Positions 41,596-51,269 of a stretch of 64,000 bases of DNA are shown in pieces. The DNA lies in the NCBI GenBank assembly GCA_041660565.1, contig JBAZWC010000002.1, positions 85,520 through 149,519 on the forward strand, given 5' to 3'. The first letter of the stretch is position 1. Every line of letters starts with the position of its first letter. Under the pieces are notes generated by a model, which saw only the letters and a program-made list of their open reading frames with translations, had not been told where the DNA came from and did not search any database. The position numbers and the translations under genes were made by a program. Origin of the DNA: Patescibacteria group bacterium (lineage in GTDB: Bacteria > Patescibacteriota > UBA1384 > CAJBMM01).

Positions 41596-42111
41596 ATGAC
41601 AACCGATAAAAAAATAATCAAATATGCTGATCTGGCAAAGGTTAGGCGAAATGTATCGAAAAATCGCCAGACGATCGCATTCACCTCTGGCTGCTACGAT
41701 ATGCTTCATATGGGACACATTATTCATTTTAACTACTGCAAAAGTAAAGGTGATATTTTGGTTGTTAGTGTGGGTAACGATCAAAATGTTTCCGAGCTAA
41801 AAGGACCAAGCAGACCGATTGTGACCGAAAGTTTTCGGGCCAGACACATTGCTGCCTTAGCGTGCGTTGATTACGTGGTGATAAGCGAGGAAATGGGCAT
41901 CATGGATCACAACCGCATGCTAGAGCTACTTAAACCGGATATTTACGTTGTCCCCGTATCAGACAAGTTGCTAAATGCCAAAAAAGAGCTGGTCAGTCGA
42001 AACGGCGGCAAAGTACACACCTGCCGACGGATCCCGCCGGAACATCTGAAAGGCGGTATTTCCACCACCAAATTGGAAGAAAAGATCCGTAAAAATACTA
42101 GTATTTTGTAA
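41596..42111 (+). CDS. cytidylyl/adenylyltransferase (RfaE domain II/TagD-like)
   Basis: GCYDMLHMGH (HxGH), KGPSRP and ISTT motifs. Confidence 0.88.
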   Translation: MTTDKKIIKYADLAKVRRNVSKNRQTIAFTSGCYDMLHMGHIIHFNYCKSKGDILVVSVGNDQNVSELKGPSRPIVTESFRARHIAALACVDYVVISEEMGIMDHNRMLELLKPDIYVVPVSDKLLNAKKELVSRNGGKVHTCRRIPPEHLKGGISTTKLEEKIRKNTSIL

Positions 42112-42167
42112 AATGGACAAATAAAGACGGCGGCTGGATCAACCAGCCGCCGGTAAGGCACGAGCTA

Positions 42168-43214
42168 CTACAGGAGGGAATCGATGAACGTCGCCGCGCG
42201 CAAGGCGCTGTTGTCATCGAACGCGGGCCCGCGCCCAACCCGAGGAGGGGCATTCAGCATATCGCGCAGATCGGCGAGAGTACGTGCTTCTGCAACGTAC
42301 CCAGCCTCGACCCAGGGAAACCTCGGGGCGATAGTGGCGTCTTTCTCGTACATCTTGTCCGTGTGCGGCAAAGCGTAGTTGACTGCCGAAACGCCCATCG
42401 CGGCGGCCCGACCAAGCACCGTGGAATACGGCGCGATAACCACGTCGGATGCCGCAATGACTTCATCGGTTGTGAAGTCGCTAGTGTCGACCGCCATGTC
42501 TCCCAGGCTCGCGAATGCAGCCTGATACGCCGCAAACTCCTCTGGCGCTCGCTCAGCCAAACGTGGATGCGGACGAAGCGCCGCGCGGACAGGGAACGTG
42601 CATGTCATGATCACGCGCACCACGTTGCGCATCATCTCGCCAGTCTGTTCAATACTACTGAACGCCGACACCAGGCACCACTCGGGCGAAATACCCAACT
42701 CCTGTCGGACCCAGCAACGTACGGCATCCATTTCGAACCCAGCCAGTCGGTCGAACGCCGGGTAACCGGTGACGACAGCGCGGTCGGGATTGAAATCGGG
42801 CCAGGCGCGCAGAATGATCTGCTTCCCGACCTCATCACCGGCGGTGATGTAGTCGGGCCGCGCGTTCGGCCACTCGTCGTTGGTGAGGGCGCCACTGACC
42901 GGATAGTCGGAAAGCGCTACCACCGGGCCGGTGTATCCGTTCTGGCGCAAGTGCTGCACCAGAGCGAACCCGATGTTGCCCGATGAATCGAGAGATGTTA
43001 CGACCAGGTCAGGCATCCACCCGAGCTTGTCGCAGCATTCCGGCCCCAGGCAGAGATAGCTGGTCGCCCCTTCGATCAGTAGTTTGGTCGCCGGTCCATC
43101 GGCAACCACTCGAACCGTGTTGCGCTGGTCTTGTGCCAACTGCCGATACACCGGGATAATGCCCTCGGCCCCTCCGGTATCGGCGCAGATCATCAGGATA
43201 TTGCGTTTGCTCAA
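42168..43214 (-). CDS. GC-rich GT-B-fold protein (glycerophosphotransferase/glycosyltransferase-like)
   Basis: DTGGAEGI, VTGYPAFD, RPHPR and SDVVI...STV...AA motifs; SD GGAGGAG before TTG. Confidence 0.7.
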   Translation of the reverse strand: MSKRNILMICADTGGAEGIIPVYRQLAQDQRNTVRVVADGPATKLLIEGATSYLCLGPECCDKLGWMPDLVVTSLDSSGNIGFALVQHLRQNGYTGPVVALSDYPVSGALTNDEWPNARPDYITAGDEVGKQIILRAWPDFNPDRAVVTGYPAFDRLAGFEMDAVRCWVRQELGISPEWCLVSAFSSIEQTGEMMRNVVRVIMTCTFPVRAALRPHPRLAERAPEEFAAYQAAFASLGDMAVDTSDFTTDEVIAASDVVIAPYSTVLGRAAAMGVSAVNYALPHTDKMYEKDATIAPRFPWVEAGYVAEARTLADLRDMLNAPPRVGRGPAFDDNSALRAATFIDSLL

Positions 43215-43239
43215 TCTCGTTCTCCTCCCTTCAGGACAT

Positions 43240-43288
43240 GCAACGATCAGAGTACCAGTATTTTATCTCATTTATCTATTTTTGTCAA
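43240..43288 (-). promoter_or_regulatory. promoter plus degenerate boxA-like motif
   Basis: TTGACA-17-TAAAAT, then GTACTCTGATCGTTGC. Confidence 0.6.
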
Positions 43289-43378
43289 TCTCGATACGCT
43301 ATCAAATTATTGCGTAATAAACCAGACTCTATCATTTTTGCCCAGAAGTGCTATAACAGTTAATAGACAAGGAGATTC

Positions 43379-44377
43379 ATGTTAGATGACAAGACAATAC
43401 TGATCACCGGTGGCACCGGATCTTTCGGCAAAAAGTTTACCGAACGCATTTTTAAGGAATACAACCCCAAGAAAATCATCATTTACTCTCGTGATGAATT
43501 TAAACAGTACATGATGCAAAAGCAGTACCCACAGTTCAAAGACAAACTACGCTATTTTATCGGTGATGTCCGAGATCGGGAACGCCTACATCGCGCTTTT
43601 GATGGTGTTGATGTGGTTATTCACGCCGCCGCCATCAAACACGTACCCGCCGCAGAGTACAACCCGTTTGAAGCAGTTCAGACCAATATTATGGGCGCTA
43701 AAAATGTCATCGATGCCGCCATCGACCGCGGAGTGAAGCAAATTGTTGCCCTGTCTACCGATAAAGCGGCCAATCCGATCAACCTTTACGGCGCCACCAA
43801 ATTAGTTTCCGACAAGCTGTTTACCTCGGCAAACGCCTACGTTGGCGGCAAAGACACTGTTTTCAGCGTGGTCAGATACGGCAACGTGGCCGGAAGCCGC
43901 GGCTCGGTTATTCCATTCTTTAAATCGCTGGTAGATCGCGGCGAAAAATCGCTGCCGGTAACCGACCTGCGTATGACTCGTTTTATGATTACCCTAGATC
44001 AAGGCGTGGATTTGGTTTTTCGCGCCATTAAAGAAGCCAGGGGCGGCGAAATTTACGTTGCCAAAATTCCATCGTTTAAAATTTCAGATTTAGCTCGCGT
44101 CATGCATCCGAAAGGCAAAATTAACGAAATCGGCATCCGCGAAGGCGAAAAATTGCATGAAGTAATGATAACCGAGGAAGATTCTCGCTTAACTTACGAC
44201 TACGGCGACCATCACATCATCTACCCCAACTTTGAATGGTGGTCTATGGATACGCACTTCAAAGAGGGTGGCAACAAGGTGCCGGACGGTTTTCGATATG
44301 CCTCGGACACCAATGAATTATGGATGGATATTCCGGAATTAACCAAATTTATTGAATCATTGGAAGTGACTTACTAA
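43379..44377 (+). CDS. pseB: UDP-GlcNAc 4,6-dehydratase (inverting)
   Basis: ITGGTGSFG, YSRDEFKQ, STDKAANPINLYGATK and RYGNVAGSRGS motifs. Confidence 0.95.
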   Translation: MLDDKTILITGGTGSFGKKFTERIFKEYNPKKIIIYSRDEFKQYMMQKQYPQFKDKLRYFIGDVRDRERLHRAFDGVDVVIHAAAIKHVPAAEYNPFEAVQTNIMGAKNVIDAAIDRGVKQIVALSTDKAANPINLYGATKLVSDKLFTSANAYVGGKDTVFSVVRYGNVAGSRGSVIPFFKSLVDRGEKSLPVTDLRMTRFMITLDQGVDLVFRAIKEARGGEIYVAKIPSFKISDLARVMHPKGKINEIGIREGEKLHEVMITEEDSRLTYDYGDHHIIYPNFEWWSMDTHFKEGGNKVPDGFRYASDTNELWMDIPELTKFIESLEVTY

Positions 44378-44378
44378 T

Positions 44379-45533
44379 ATGCTTGATCATTTTATTTCAT
44401 ACGGTAAACAGTGGATTGATGACGATGATATCAAAGCTGTCACCGAGACGCTTAAAAGTGATTTTTTGACCCAAGGCCCAAAGCTGGCTGAATTTGAAAA
44501 GGCCATTTGCGATTATACCGGCGCTAAATACTGTGTTGCGGTATCAAACGGCACTGCCGCTTTGCATTTGGCTGTTTTGGCGCTAGATTTGCCAAAAGGC
44601 GAAGGCATTACGACACCAAATACCTTTGCTGCCTCGGCTAACTGTTTGTTATACGCCGGACTAAAGCCGGTTTTTGCCGACATCAAAACAGATACATATA
44701 ATATTGACCCGGCCGAAATTACCCAGAAAATTACCAAAGACACCAGAGTGATTGTGGCGGTGGATTTTGCCGGACAAGCTGCGGATATGGAAGATATTTA
44801 CCAAATGGCGCAAGCAAAAGGGATTGCGGTAATTGAAGACGCCGCGCACGCGATCGGATCAAAATATGCTGATGGCAGTTTGGTTGGATCATGTAAATAT
44901 TCAGATTTGACCACTTTTTCGTTTCATCCGGTTAAAACCATCACCACCGGTGAAGGTGGTGCTATTACCACAAACGATGAGAAACTGTATCAGAAGTTGC
45001 TTTTACTGCGGTCTCACGGCATCACCAAAGATGCGGCGCTGCTTGGCCAAAACCCCGGCCCATGGTATTACGAAATGCAACAGATCGGGTTTAACTATCG
45101 CTTAACCGACATTCAAGCGGCATTGGGCATTAGTCAGTTTAAAAAACTAGATCGATTCGTGACGCGTCGCCGTGAAATCGTAGATCAATATAATACTGCG
45201 TTTGCCAGCAACGGTTTAATCACAACCCCGCACGAAAAAGCTGGATTAAATTCGACCTTTCATTTATACGTGGTTAAAATTGACTATGCCAAATTGGGCA
45301 AAACGCGGTCAGAGGTCATGATTGAACTAAAAAACCAAAACATCGGCACTCAAGTGCATTATATTCCGGTTCACCTACTGCCGTATTATCAAAAACAGTT
45401 TGGCTATAAGACCGGTGATTATCCGGTTGCCGAAAATTATTATGACCACTGCCTTAGCTTGCCTCTTTACCCCAAAATGACCGACGAGGATGTTAAGTTA
45501 GTAATCAAGACCATTAACCAAACACTGAGTTAG
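44379..45533 (+). CDS. pseC: UDP-4-amino-4,6-dideoxy-AltNAc transaminase
   Basis: SYGKQWID, FLTQGP and SFHPVKTITTGEGG motifs. Confidence 0.93.
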   Translation: MLDHFISYGKQWIDDDDIKAVTETLKSDFLTQGPKLAEFEKAICDYTGAKYCVAVSNGTAALHLAVLALDLPKGEGITTPNTFAASANCLLYAGLKPVFADIKTDTYNIDPAEITQKITKDTRVIVAVDFAGQAADMEDIYQMAQAKGIAVIEDAAHAIGSKYADGSLVGSCKYSDLTTFSFHPVKTITTGEGGAITTNDEKLYQKLLLLRSHGITKDAALLGQNPGPWYYEMQQIGFNYRLTDIQAALGISQFKKLDRFVTRRREIVDQYNTAFASNGLITTPHEKAGLNSTFHLYVVKIDYAKLGKTRSEVMIELKNQNIGTQVHYIPVHLLPYYQKQFGYKTGDYPVAENYYDHCLSLPLYPKMTDEDVKLVIKTINQTLS

Positions 45534-45565
45534 CCCCTGTCGCTGCACCTAATTGGTACAGTACG

Positions 45566-45746
45566 AATTATAAATTTTCAATTTTTAATTTCAAATGAAT
45601 GGTTGCCAATTTTAAATGACTAAATAAGGAACCTTTTTAAAATTTAATCATTCGGTACTTATTCATTTAAAATTTATAATTGCTTCAGCAATTTCGTAAC
45701 TGTGCGAGCCGTGCTCGCAAGTTACATGCTTTAAAATTTAAAATTA
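45566..45746 (-). repeat. AT-rich element (inverted) with inserted GC module
   Basis: Reverse complement of 20927-21041 plus the module seen at 9447-9500. Confidence 0.8.
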
Positions 45747-45755
45747 AGGGAAAAC

Positions 45756-46613
45756 ATGACTGGCATTATTATTCAAGCCCGATACAATGCATCTCGCTTG
45801 CCGGGAAAGGTGTTGAAAGAGCTGCCTTTAGGTAGTGGAATTTCAGTGTTGGCGCAAGTAATTAGACGACTAAAAAAGTGCCAGCTGGCTGATTTGGTGA
45901 TTTTGGCCACCACCGAGAATCAATCAGATGACGCCTTAGTGGACGTTGCCAACGCAGAGAAGATCCAATGCTATCGCGGCAGTACCGAGAATTTACTGGA
46001 GCGATATTACAAAGCGGCGCAAAAATATAACCTCAGCACAATCGTACGTATTACCGCCGATTGTCCATGCATTGACCCAAAAGAGGTTGATCGGCTAATT
46101 AAGAAACACCTAGCCACCAATAGCGATTTCACTTCGATGGCGCTGGGGCCGCGCACATATCCGCACGGCATTGAAGTTGAGGTTTTCTCAATCAGCGCAC
46201 TGGAGCAATCATACCAAAACGCCACCACGGATTACGAAAAAGAGCATATCAACATCTACGCCGAAGAAACCGCACCGCAGAAATTCAAAATCACCTCTGC
46301 TCCCGCCCCCAAATCACTTACCTCTCCGGACATCCGCATCACTCTAGACACCCCCAAAGACTACACCTTATTGTGCGCCGTGTATGACTTCCTTTATCCT
46401 GCGGACCCATTTTTCGACACAGCCGCAATTATCAAGCTATTTAAACTGCGTCCGTGGCTGTACGAGATCAATCGTGATGTAGTGCAAAAAAAGATGTATG
46501 CCACCGTCAAAGACGAGCTGCTAGAGGCAGAGAAGGTGCTGGGACTGCAGGAATTACATCGCGCTCGAAAATTTATCTTGCAGCAGCTGGAGAATAATGA
46601 CCAACAATCCTAA
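45756..46613 (+). CDS. SpsF/PseF-type acylneuraminate cytidylyltransferase
   Basis: IIQAR..SRLPGKVL, RITADCP and EH motifs. Confidence 0.88.
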   Translation: MTGIIIQARYNASRLPGKVLKELPLGSGISVLAQVIRRLKKCQLADLVILATTENQSDDALVDVANAEKIQCYRGSTENLLERYYKAAQKYNLSTIVRITADCPCIDPKEVDRLIKKHLATNSDFTSMALGPRTYPHGIEVEVFSISALEQSYQNATTDYEKEHINIYAEETAPQKFKITSAPAPKSLTSPDIRITLDTPKDYTLLCAVYDFLYPADPFFDTAAIIKLFKLRPWLYEINRDVVQKKMYATVKDELLEAEKVLGLQELHRARKFILQQLENNDQQS

Positions 46614-47601
46614 AATTTACATCGTAACCGAGGGTGGGGGTGATATTGGATACGGCCACCTGATGCGTTGCCTATCACTCTGCCAAGCGTTCGCGGAAAA
46701 AAACATTGCGCCCGTAATGCTAATTGATAGTGATGGCGCCAAAGTTAAGCTTAATCAATTTCCAAATGCGGAAATGTTGGCCTGGCATAAAAACCTAGAT
46801 TTACTCTACAATCACATTAAAGACGCCGATGTGGTGATTGTTGACTCATTGCTGGCACCGGAATCGCTTTGGACCGACATCCACAACTACTGCAAGGTAG
46901 CGGTTTTATTGGATGATTTTATTCGTCGCAAACATGTAAAAGGCGTTGTTGTTGACTGGACAGTGTTGGCCGACCAAAAATTTTATCAAGAGCAAAACCA
47001 TGACGTCACTTACCTACTTGGCACCAAATACACCGCTTTGCGCCAAGAGTTTTGGGACATACCACCAAAGCAAATCAGCCCGACTCTTACGAACATTTTA
47101 GTCACGTTCGGCGGCAGCGATGTGGCTAATATGACACCATTAGTAGTTGAATTACTCAAAAGTCATTATCCCCACGCCGACGTGAAGGTGATAATTGGCC
47201 CCGGCTTTACCAACTTGAAGGAAATTGAAGGATTAGCGTATTTGAGCTGCGAGCTAATTATGCAACCCTCCGCTTCAGAGATGGTTAAGTTGATGCTGTG
47301 GGCGGATGTTTGCATTAGCGCCGGCGGTCAAACTTTTTACGAGCTAGCCCGCGTGGGCACGCCCACTATCGGGGTGCAAGTAGCAGATAACCAGCGCGAT
47401 GATGTTTCAGGTTGGACTGCAACCGGTTTTCTGCAATTTGCCGGAGAAGCTGATGACCCTAATATTAAACAAGAAATCGCCAATCAACTTGATCATCTAG
47501 CTAATTTTGAATTACGAGAAAAAGTTTCAAAAATTGGACAAACACAAATTGACGGGCAGGGCGCGCGGCGTTTAGTCAAAGCGATTTTGGAGGAGGCATG
47601 A
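46597..47601 (+). CDS. pseG: UDP-2,4-diacetamido-trideoxy-altrose hydrolase
   Basis: IGYGHLMRC, FGGSD, ADNQ and DGQGARR motifs. Confidence 0.88.
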   Translation: MTNNPKIYIVTEGGGDIGYGHLMRCLSLCQAFAEKNIAPVMLIDSDGAKVKLNQFPNAEMLAWHKNLDLLYNHIKDADVVIVDSLLAPESLWTDIHNYCKVAVLLDDFIRRKHVKGVVVDWTVLADQKFYQEQNHDVTYLLGTKYTALRQEFWDIPPKQISPTLTNILVTFGGSDVANMTPLVVELLKSHYPHADVKVIIGPGFTNLKEIEGLAYLSCELIMQPSASEMVKLMLWADVCISAGGQTFYELARVGTPTIGVQVADNQRDDVSGWTATGFLQFAGEADDPNIKQEIANQLDHLANFELREKVSKIGQTQIDGQGARRLVKAILEEA

Positions 47602-48557
47602 AACCGGTTTTTGAGCAACGCGCATCTACCATTTTATTTAACTTGTTTCGTCAGCTTGATCATACAAAATCGGTCATTGTTCCGGCAAACGTTTGTCCGA
47701 TTGTAGCCGTAACGCTAATGAAAGCCGGGCAACCCTTTGAGCTGGTTGACATAAATAAAGAGACACTTTGCCTTGACGAAGAGTTCACTTTGCACCAGAT
47801 CAAAAAACATCCGCAAAAATATGCCGGCGTGTTGTTTGTACATACCTACGGTAACCCCCATCAACCTGAACCATTTTTTCATTATATTAAGCAAATCGCC
47901 CCGGATATATTAATCATTGACGATCGATGCCCCGGTCTGCCCGAGTTTGATCTGCCGCCAACTGCCGCCGATGCGGTAATATTCAGCACCGGCTATGCCA
48001 AATACATTGAATTAGGTTTTGGTGGATATGGCTATATTAAACCCGAGGTAAAATATGAGCCAAAACAACTGCCGTTCAACGAGCACGATCATCAGGCGTT
48101 GGTTGAGCAAGAACGCCAGGCTCAAGAAACGTTGGCGCCTTTTAGCTATCATGATTCAGATTGGCTGGATACCACTAAACCAAAAATCTCATTCGACCAA
48201 TACAAGCTAGAGATCATCGCTAAAATTCCGGAAGCGCGACTTCATCAACAAAAATTGAATCAGATTTATGCCAAAAATATCCCAGCAAAATATCAACTGG
48301 GAGACGAGTTTAGTCAGTGGCGATTTAGTATTCTGGTGCCAGATAAGGTAAAATTATTGAGGATGATCTTTGACCATGGGTTGTTTGCCAGCTCGCATTA
48401 CCCATCGCTAAACGGGATTTTTGGACACGGCGCCGACCAAAACGCGGCAAAATTACATTCGCAAGTGGTTAACTTATTCAATAACCACCGCTACACCGAA
48501 GATCAAGCAAAGCTGACATGCGATGTTATAAACAAGCATCTAAAAGAATGTGCTTAG
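47598..48557 (+). CDS. degenerate DegT/DnrJ-like PLP-fold protein
   Basis: PANVC, HTYG, IIDDRC and FSTGYAK motifs. Confidence 0.65.
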   Translation: MKPVFEQRASTILFNLFRQLDHTKSVIVPANVCPIVAVTLMKAGQPFELVDINKETLCLDEEFTLHQIKKHPQKYAGVLFVHTYGNPHQPEPFFHYIKQIAPDILIIDDRCPGLPEFDLPPTAADAVIFSTGYAKYIELGFGGYGYIKPEVKYEPKQLPFNEHDHQALVEQERQAQETLAPFSYHDSDWLDTTKPKISFDQYKLEIIAKIPEARLHQQKLNQIYAKNIPAKYQLGDEFSQWRFSILVPDKVKLLRMIFDHGLFASSHYPSLNGIFGHGADQNAAKLHSQVVNLFNNHRYTEDQAKLTCDVINKHLKECA

Positions 48558-48566
48558 CCACCCCCC

Positions 48567-48799
48567 TGTCATTTCGACTCCCTCCGGGCAGAGCCTCGAG
48601 CATTGTCTCGAGAGTGGAGAAATCTATAATAATAAGAATTATAAATTTTCAATTTTTAATTTTTAATGAAAGGTAACCAATTTTAAATGACTAAATAAGG
48701 TACTTTTTTAAAATTTAATCATTCGGCACTTATTCATTTAAAATTTAACATTTAGAATTTAAAATTATTGGAGTGGAAACTCACGAGGTCAAAATGACA
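48567..48799. repeat. REP doublet with an AT-rich element nested inside
   Basis: TGTCATTTCGA at 48567, the AT element at 48637-48766, and GTCAAAATGACA at the right end. Confidence 0.7.
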
Positions 48800-48831
48800 A
48801 TTTAACCACACTAAATTAAAAAGGAGATCTA

Positions 48832-49503
48832 ATGTTATTTAAGGATTTTGAGGGATTAAAATTTCCGGTTGAATACGTAACCCGATATTTTTTCAAAGAA
48901 AAACTGCATACCCAGTCCGGTCGAGTTTTGGAACTGGGCTCAGGTAATGGCAATAATTTGATGCTATTTTATCAGTATGGTTGGGATGTGGTAGGCGCCG
49001 ATATTGATCCCGAGCTCATTAAACAAGCCGATCACAACTTTAAGCTAACCGGGCTAAAAAACCACTACGAGCACGTAGCGGCCGATATGGTGGAATTCGT
49101 GGAAAAGTATCAAGGCGAGCCGTTTGATGCGTTTCTAATGCCCCACAGCATCTACTACTTACCAATGGATCAGATTGTCAGGCTACTCGATTTGATTAAA
49201 AGCAAAAAGCTAATCAAACCCAATGCTTCGTTTTTTCTTACCGTGCGAACACCAGAGGATTATCGGTTCGGCCGCGGCAAACAAATCGGTGACAAAACAT
49301 ACGAATTGGCCATCGACGAAACCGGTGAAAAAGGTTGTACTATCACGTTTTTCAGCGAATTTGAAATCATCGAGCTATTAAAAAAATATTTTACTATCGA
49401 TTCGCTCCATGTCTCTAGACAGCTGTATGGTAATTTTATGCATGATCGGTTGGTCAATAACAGCGATATTACTATTTGGGGTAACATTACAATTCGAAAA
49501 TAG
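48832..49503 (+). CDS. class I SAM-dependent methyltransferase
   Basis: VLELGSGNGNN motif. Confidence 0.88.
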   Translation: MLFKDFEGLKFPVEYVTRYFFKEKLHTQSGRVLELGSGNGNNLMLFYQYGWDVVGADIDPELIKQADHNFKLTGLKNHYEHVAADMVEFVEKYQGEPFDAFLMPHSIYYLPMDQIVRLLDLIKSKKLIKPNASFFLTVRTPEDYRFGRGKQIGDKTYELAIDETGEKGCTITFFSEFEIIELLKKYFTIDSLHVSRQLYGNFMHDRLVNNSDITIWGNITIRK

Positions 49504-49664
49504 TGATTTTTTGCATTTTATTTTTATGTGATATACTTTAATAAAGCTCAGTTTATCTAATTAATTTTAAATGTTGTCGCCTAGACTGTTTACGTGTAAA
49601 CGTAAGTGGTGGCAGTGTTTTTCCCCGTAAAAAAATATTTTGTTCGTTTAAAATAGGAGTAGTT

Positions 49665-49865
49665 ATGGTTTTTAAGATACTGTTAGGAATTGCGGTGGCA
49701 GTACTGTTGCCGTTCGATGATGCACACGCATATATTGACCCAGGTACGGGTAGTCACGCTATACAAGTACTAATCGCCGTAATCGCCGGGGTATCCTACT
49801 CCGCTCGAATCTATTGGACCAACATCCGTGTCTTTTTAAGCCGTTTCAGCAAGAAAAATAAATAG
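49665..49865 (+). CDS. small membrane protein with AHAYIDPGTGS motif
   Basis: Signal-like segment, then YIDPGTGS, a TM helix and a basic tail. Confidence 0.75.
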   Translation: MVFKILLGIAVAVLLPFDDAHAYIDPGTGSHAIQVLIAVIAGVSYSARIYWTNIRVFLSRFSKKNK

Positions 49866-49868
49866 ACT

Positions 49869-51269
49869 ATGACAGTACAAAGCCATATTGATAAAAACTC
49901 GGGCTCATTTCGAGATCCCAGTGGATACATTTTTCGTCATAATAACGAAATCTATCGCTACATTGCCCCAAATTATTTGCCCCATTACCGTATGTTAATG
50001 GATTCCGGCTTGTATCAAAAACTAGTCGATGAAGGCTTGCTAATCTCGCATCAAGAAAAACCAAATATGCCCGCGATTGATGGCGGTTTAATCATCAAAC
50101 CAACCATGATTCCGTTTATATCGTATCCATATGAATGGTGTTTTAGCCAAATTAAAGACGCGGCGCTAACTACCCTTAAAATCCAAAAAATCGCCCTTGA
50201 ACACAATATGGTGCTTAAGGATGCTAACGCCTACAATATTCAGTTTTTTCAGGGCAAACCGATCTTAATTGACACTTTGTCTTTTGAAAAATACGAGGAA
50301 AATGCGCCCTGGGTGGCGTACCAACAGTTTTGCCAACATTTTTTGGTCCCATTGTGCTTAGCCACGTACACCGACGTATTTTTGCCCAGATTAACCAGCA
50401 TGTTTTGCGACGGCATTCCGCTGGAAATTGCGGTAAAACTGCTGCCAACGCGGGCTCATTTTAACTTGGGATTGCAAATGCATTTGTTTGCCCACGTTAA
50501 ATTTCAAAAAAACTATAATGAAAAACCCAAAGACGCTAAGTCTTTTAAGATCAAGAAGTCTGGTTTGCTGGCGCTAATTTTTGATCTCGAACGCGTGGTT
50601 AATAAATTACATTTCCCAAGCAGGCACACCGAGTGGGGAGACTATTACACTAATACCAATTACACTTCCAAGGCGATTCTAGAAAAAGAAAATATGGTGG
50701 CAAAATTGATCGACAAATTGGATATTAAGACGGTTTGGGATGTCGGGTCAAACGATGGACGTTTTAGCCGCATGGCAACAGACAAAGGATTATTTACGAT
50801 CTCATCAGACATAGACCCGGTGGCGGTAGAGAAAAACTACCTGCAAACCAAAGTAAAAAACGAAAAGTTGATGCTGCCGTTAATTGTGGATCTAAACAAC
50901 CCCAGCCCTAACATCGGCTGGAACAATCAAGAACGAGAAGCTTTTTTTGGCCGTGCTAAAAGCGACTTGATTCTAGCACTGGCGCTAATCCACCATATTG
51001 CCATTTCCAACAACGTCCCATTTGATCAAGTAGCAAGCTTTTTTGCCCCGCTCTGTCGATATTTAATGATCGAATTTGTGCCCAAAGATGACTCCAAAGT
51101 GCAACGTCTGTTAGCCAGTCGCAAAGATGTTTTTGTGCACTACAACCAACCGGATTTTGAAAAATCATTTTCTCAGTATTTCAATATCAAAGAAAAGATT
51201 TTAATTAAAGGAACCAAACGCACCCTGTATTTGATGGAAACAAAGACTCGCGTACCTCACAATGAATAG
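49869..51269 (+). CDS. NoeA-like protein (kinase-like N-domain plus SAM methyltransferase)
   Basis: SFRDPSG, ISYPYEW, LKDANAYN, IDTLSF, VWDVGSNDG and LALIHH motifs. Confidence 0.8.
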   Translation: MTVQSHIDKNSGSFRDPSGYIFRHNNEIYRYIAPNYLPHYRMLMDSGLYQKLVDEGLLISHQEKPNMPAIDGGLIIKPTMIPFISYPYEWCFSQIKDAALTTLKIQKIALEHNMVLKDANAYNIQFFQGKPILIDTLSFEKYEENAPWVAYQQFCQHFLVPLCLATYTDVFLPRLTSMFCDGIPLEIAVKLLPTRAHFNLGLQMHLFAHVKFQKNYNEKPKDAKSFKIKKSGLLALIFDLERVVNKLHFPSRHTEWGDYYTNTNYTSKAILEKENMVAKLIDKLDIKTVWDVGSNDGRFSRMATDKGLFTISSDIDPVAVEKNYLQTKVKNEKLMLPLIVDLNNPSPNIGWNNQEREAFFGRAKSDLILALALIHHIAISNNVPFDQVASFFAPLCRYLMIEFVPKDDSKVQRLLASRKDVFVHYNQPDFEKSFSQYFNIKEKILIKGTKRTLYLMETKTRVPHNE

